From: the human T2T-CHM13v2.0 reference genome, Homo sapiens
DNA length: 64,000 nucleotides
Reading direction: 5' to 3' (one strand)
Assembly (NCBI RefSeq): GCF_009914755.1
Contig: NC_060932.1
The translations under genes and the position numbers were made by a program. How positions within the stretch are numbered: position 1 is the stretch's first letter; each line of letters begins with the position of its first letter. The notes beneath the pieces are model-generated. The model searched no databases and was not told the origin of the DNA. It saw nothing but the letters and a program-made list of their open reading frames with translations. Shown one piece after another: positions 55,110-64,000 of the stretch.

Positions 55110-57382
55110 GCCCTACAGATTCTGAGCAAAGCTGTCACCGTGCTCCCATCAGGCTGCTATAGAGTCCTTAGCAGGTATTCAAGGCCCTCCACAGTCTGCC
55201 CTGCCCTCTTTGGTTCTTCTCTGTGCTCTTAGGTATGACCACTGCTCCAGCTGAACTAATCTATTCACCATCCCAGGAACTCATCCCACACGTCCCTTTC
55301 CCTGTGTCCCTGCTGTTCCCATAACTGCACTGTCACTTCAGGGCTTCCATGTGGTAGCTGTTGTTTGTGGTGACCCCATATGTATTTCTCCCGTCTCCCT
55401 TTCTGCTGGTATAAGAACCTAACCCACCACTCACCAGCAGGGCTAGGTGTGTAAACCCAGTTTGTTGATTGTGGTGCCCTTTCCCTTGGCAACAGGGATT
55501 GTTTCATGATAGGACAAATGTTCCAAGCAGGGCCAAAGTCCTTCCCTCCACGTGAGCTAGCCAAGAAGCCTGCCTCTTGCCTCTAGGGTCACTGTGTCAA
55601 AGAATGTTCACCTGGGGGACCTCCCATCTGCAGCACTAAAGGACATGCTGACACAGAGCAGAGGGAGTGTCCTGGTTTAAGTCGTGGATCCACCTTGGTG
55701 GTTCCTAGTAATGAAAGCCAGTCCATCACATTTTAGCTTAAGATTATTTTGAGTCAGTTTTATCATGTGCAACTGAGAGGATCATGACAAATACACTTGA
55801 CCTTGTTCTGCCATTGCCCCTGTGCTTTATCTATTTGTATACATTACACTATAGGGTAGTTGTAATTGCCTGTTTATTTGTCTGTGTCTCCCACTAGAAG
55901 TTCTTAATTGCACCGTCAACATTATGTATCCAGCACCTAGCATTGTGCCTGGCCAATGTTGGACAGTAAATGAAAATTCAGTTGAAACTACATGTCTGCC
56001 TTACCAAATTCTTCCTCAGGGTCTTAGACTACCAAGTCCTTCATGAAGCTTTCCTGGCAAGTGAGAGAATGTATGTAAAATGTCTTGCAGTGTGGCCAGC
56101 ACAAAACAGTCTCACAAGAGCTGCATCTTTCTCTCCTGCGGTTACTCTAGCCAGAAGTGATGTCTTTCTCCTTGTAGCTCCTATATGTCATTTAATCAAA
56201 TGGCATCAACTCATACTGTCTAATACTAGAGTTTGCATTTCTCTTAAGTTTTCAATGTGAATGTAAATGCCAGGTAGCAAGGACCTTGCACAGTGCATCA
56301 TACTAAAGAATCTGCAGTTGTTGGATACACTGCTGAATGCATATGTGAGCAATAGTTAGAGGTTAGATGGAGGCTAGTGATCCATTATTGGCTGCAGGAG
56401 TCCTCGTGCTGTGTGAGACACAGATAGATTCAAAGGACCCTAGAAAAGGGTAGAGCTCAATCATACATTTGCAGAATATATGAATGGTGTTTGAAAATCT
56501 AAAGCCATAACAGTTTACCATAGCTGAAACATAGCTGTGATTATCCGATATACCCAAACATCTCACTCCTTGGTAAAAGCTGCTACTTGTCCAAGCTGAA
56601 TAATTGGAATGAGAAATGAGGTGAGCAAGTCAGAGTTCATCATGCCTTCAGTTCTGATAAGGGGAACTGAGTACTACCAAGAGAAGAGGCCAGAAGCTCT
56701 GGGTCCAGAACTTTGTCTCATAATTTTCACATCAGCCTCATACTTTTCTTTGCCTGTATCTTCCATATGTAATTAGTAATAGTCTGGCTGATTCAACCTT
56801 TCTTTTTTTAGTCCTGTGACACATCCCTCAGGAGGTCCTGAGAACATATGCCTGTGATTCAGGCTTTCTAGTAGAATGTAAGCTCCAGAAGGCCAGGGAC
56901 TTGGTCTGCTTTGTTCATTGCTGAATCTCCAGTACCTAAAATAGTGGCTGGCCCCTCTGTATTGGGTCATAGCAGGTACTACATTCACCTCTCTACTATG
57001 TTTAATACAGTTTATTTCCCTTGTGTGTGCCTTGCTAAAATATTTATGTTTAAATTTCTGTATTTGATACACATTGTGAAAGGACATTTTCAAGTCTAAG
57101 TCCCATGACTTGAGTTTGCCTGTGTCTCCCATTAAAAGCTCTCAATTACACCATTGTGTGCCCAGTACCTCGCATTGTGCCTGGCCAGTGTTGGACAGTA
57201 AATAAAAATTCAGTGTCTTATTCACTGAGGTATAGTGCCTAAAACAGAAGACATTCCATAAATATGTGTGGAATGAATGACTTAAATATTTGATTAATGA
57301 AGTTTAAGTTGAGCAAAGAAAGGAGAACTAGTAGCTTAGATTTACTAAGAATACTATGCCACATTTATTTGTTTATTTTTAG

Positions 57383-57532
<150 letters not shown>

Positions 57533-58048
57533 TAAATTTCCTGTAGAGATGGGGTCTTGCTATGTTGCCCAGGCTGTCCTCAAACTCCTGGCCTGAAGTA
57601 ATCCTCCCATCTCAGCCTCCCAAAGTGCTGGGAGTACAGATGTGAGCCACCGCTCGTGGCCTATGCTACATTTATTTTAACATCTTTATCGTTCACAAGT
57701 AATTTCACAGGTATCCCCTTACTTGAGTCTTGCAACAACTCTATGAGGTTTATTTTGCCAGATTTATAGCTGAGGAATAAGACTCAGAGGAGTCAGAGGG
57801 CTTCTCTAAGATTATTTAGCTTGCAGATTGGAACTTGAACCCAAGCCTTGACTGCTAATTTTATATTTGTATGAATTCATACAAATGTCATAGGAAATTA
57901 TCCACATTTTATAACTAGAATTATAGAATTAGAAGTGGCCTCACACATCACAAATCCTGAACCCCTCACTCATTTTTCAAAAGAGGAAAATAAGAATTGG
58001 AAAGTTTATATATGTATCCAAAGGTACACATCCAGTTTAGGAATTTCA

Positions 58049-58381
<333 letters not shown>

Positions 58382-58756
58382 TCACAAGGTCAGGAGTTCA
58401 AGACCAGCCTGGTCAACATAGTGAAACCCCGTCTGTACTAAAAATACAAAAAATTAGCCGGGTGTGGTAGTGGGCGTCTGTAATCCTAGCTACTTGGGAG
58501 GCTAAGGCTGGAGAATCGCTTGAACCTAGGAGGCTGAGGTTGCAGTGAGCTGAGGTCGCGCCACTGCACTCCAGCCTGGCGACAGAGTGAGACTCCATCT
58601 CAAAAACAAAAAAAAATTTTTTTCAAAAAGCCAGCCGGGCGTGGTAGCTCCTAGCATTTTGGGAGGCCAAGGTGGGTGGGTCACTTCGCCCAGGAGTTTG
58701 AGACCAGCCTAGGCAACATAGTGAGACCTCATCTCTAAAATAAATAAATAAAAATT

Positions 58757-58818
58757 ATATATGTGTATATATATATACACATATATATATATACACACAC
58801 ACACACATATATATATAT
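58757..58818. repeat. (TA)n/(CA)n compound microsatellite
   Basis: tatatatgtgtatatatatatacacatatatatatatacacacacacacacatatatatatata in an Alu tail. Confidence 0.85.
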
Positions 58819-59174
58819 AAAAGAATTACAAAAAGCTGGCTTCTCCAGCCAGTGCCTCTGTGTGTCACCTGGTTTCACTCAGCCTGAGAGAGTGCATTGA
58901 GCTTGTGAGAGACCAAGTTGCCCTCTGCTTTGTCTGCATCAGAGGCCCCTGAAAACTAGGCCCCTTTCTGACATGGCCCTTCTTGTAGGAAACTCATGTT
59001 CTCTCCTTCATTTTTTTTTCCTTCTCTCTTGTATACCTTGCATAGGGGTAAGGTGGGCGGGAGTTGTGGAAAAGGTAACCAGCCAGGGTTCCCTACTCCT
59101 GCCCATTTAGGAACTTTTTTTTGTTTGTTTTTTTGGTTTTTTTTTATTGGAGATGGAGTCGCTCTGTCGCCTAG

Positions 59175-59366
<192 letters not shown>

Positions 59367-61262
59367 TGAACCACCTGCATTGGCCTCCCAAAGTGCTGGG
59401 ATTACAGGCATGAGCCACCGCGCCTGGCCTGAACTGGTCTTGATAGAGGCCTCTGAGCTTGAAAGTTAATAAAATAATAACCCATTTCTTTCTCTGATAC
59501 TTCCTCGTGTAGACCCTAGCCCTACTGAGAGTTCACATTGCACAGAATCTAAAAGAATCTTGCCTTCTGTCCAGTGGGAATGACTTTACTAGGACTGTCG
59601 GGAAGATGGATTCCATTGTTTGGCCTTGCATATCTCTATGAGTCAAAACCTGACAATAGGAACAGCTCAGTCTTAAAAAGTTCACAGATTACATTCAGTA
59701 ATATCACTTTTCATTTAGTTTATGAAAATCAGGGTTCCAATTTTTAAGAATATATGTTCAAGAAAGTTTACTATAGCTTTATTTGTAATAGCAAAAACCT
59801 AGAGATAATTTAAATTTTATCAGGAAGTGTTTTAAAAAGTATGGTTCATCTATAGTATAGAATATATCATGCAATTTTTTAAAAATGAGTTGAGATTACC
59901 TATGTGGACTTGAAAAGCTGTGATACATTCGTAAGTGATAAACATTGCAGAGTGATGTTAATGGAAAATGTTAAAGTAAGATCTTACTTTGGAGAAAAAT
60001 AAGGAAATCTTCATACGTGTGTATACATGATTATATGAGCCTGGAGAAAGAAGTGGCAAGATGCCACCTCAGCTATTAAAATTTGTTACCGTGAGAGCAG
60101 ATTTGGGCTGGGGGAGGAGATATTAACACGTCTGTATTTGACTTTTACAGCAAGCATGTATTGATATTGTGATTCTTTAATAAAGTGAAAATTTTGAGGA
60201 GCATGGGTTTGAGATAAACAGATGGATTATAAGCTAGTTTTTATCACTTAATATTCATGAGAGGTTTGGAATTAATAAATTACCTAACCTCAGTCTTCAT
60301 CTATAAAAAGGGAATAACACCTACCTCACAGTATATAATTAAAGGAAGTATACGAAGCTTGTAACATTATCCTTTTATAAATGTTACTTTCTTTTTCCTC
60401 CCATATAAGTGATTTGGAGTAGAATATTAAAATAAATGCAGAATGCGTTGGCTCCGCTTCTGGTGTGTGTTCTCTTCATGTTCTCAACTTGGCCTTGGAC
60501 TTCCAAAGAGGTGGATTAGTGTCTCCACAAAGATCCAGCAGATAATCACTGTTTCTCCCTTTAATCCTTTTAGAGACAAAGTAAGAATAATATACAATGG
60601 TACCTTGGCCCTCCAGGGGTTATTTACCTGGTACCTCAGTTATTACTAACCCAGCTGAGAAGCAGGAAGGAAGGAGATGGGCCTCTGAACAGCCAAAACA
60701 GATGTCTAAAGTTCAAGCTCACCTGGATCATTTATTCTTAATTTAGACAACAAAATGAGGTTTTTCCAGCTTTGGCACGTTAGTGAGGATGCTATGGCAG
60801 GTTCCTTGAGAGCAGCCAGAAGTGATAGCCTGGTTTGAGCTGAGGGGTCTGTGGAATACTGATACTCAAACACAATAGCTCAAGAAGCCGGATGGTCTGG
60901 GCCCACACTCGGTTTTCACAGTGAGTAACTGCTGTTCGTAATGACAGTGCTGCATTATTAGAGAGAAATTAATTCATTCTTCATATAATCTTGCAAAGGC
61001 TCTTAGAGTATGATATCATTTAGGAGGTATTACCACCAGATATGATTAAACTCCCTCAGTTTTTCTGCTAAGTTTTGTTTTCATATCAGTGCCAGAATTT
61101 AACAGTGGTCTCTATCCTACGAGGGAAAGATAGAGTAGCTGCCTTTAGTTAGAAATATACATAACCAAAAGTGACAGACATTAGGAATTGTTCAAAAAGG
61201 ATCTTAACCTGGAACAGTGGAATGATTTCCTACAAGTGCATTATTTGCCTTTTGAGTAAAAT

Positions 61263-63815
<2,553 letters not shown>

Positions 63816-63877
63816 AAAAGTGAGTAACATGTGGAACCACATATACATAGAGGTCCACAACTCAGAGCTTACCATTT

Positions 63878-64000
63878 ATGTTTTATTATTGCTATTTATT
63901 TATTTTAGCTTCATCGGGTACATGTGCAGGTTTGTTACATGGATATATTTTGTGATGCTGAGGTTTGGGCTTTGATTGAACTCATCACCCAAATAGTGAA
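63878..64000 (-). mobile_element. L1PA (older) 3' end, runs off the window
   Basis: GGGTACATGTGCAGGTTTGTTACATGG after a T-rich tail. Confidence 0.8.

Noticed and set aside
60443-60649. 68-aa ATG ORF in unique sequence
   Set aside because: No recognisable homology or supporting gene structure; length within chance

Overview
Human (primate) genomic DNA, recognisable as the 8q22.1 INTS8-CCNE2 locus. The + strand carries the last 15 coding exons of INTS8 (526-29220), including a U12-type minor intron at 25273-25432. The - strand carries the complete cyclin E2 gene CCNE2: 12 exons, 1215-nt CDS (404 aa), TSS near 44185 in a ~2.4 kb CpG island. The CCNE2 poly(A) signal lies about 20 nt from the INTS8 stop codon, so the two 3' UTRs overlap tail-to-tail. 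The island also holds a divergent + strand first exon. The rest is dense in Alu, L1, L2, MIR, MaLR and DNA-transposon fossils, with an Alu-split RPL17 processed pseudogene, a U13 snoRNA retrocopy, a tiny LTR-derived retrocopy, and a MER46C-like terminus linked to a decayed Tigger/pogo transposase. Nearly all supplied ORFs are Alu- or GC-content artefacts. I see no new multi-gene system; the best leads are RNA-processing features and transposon fossils. Repeat family names and boundaries come from recalled consensus sequences and are approximate.
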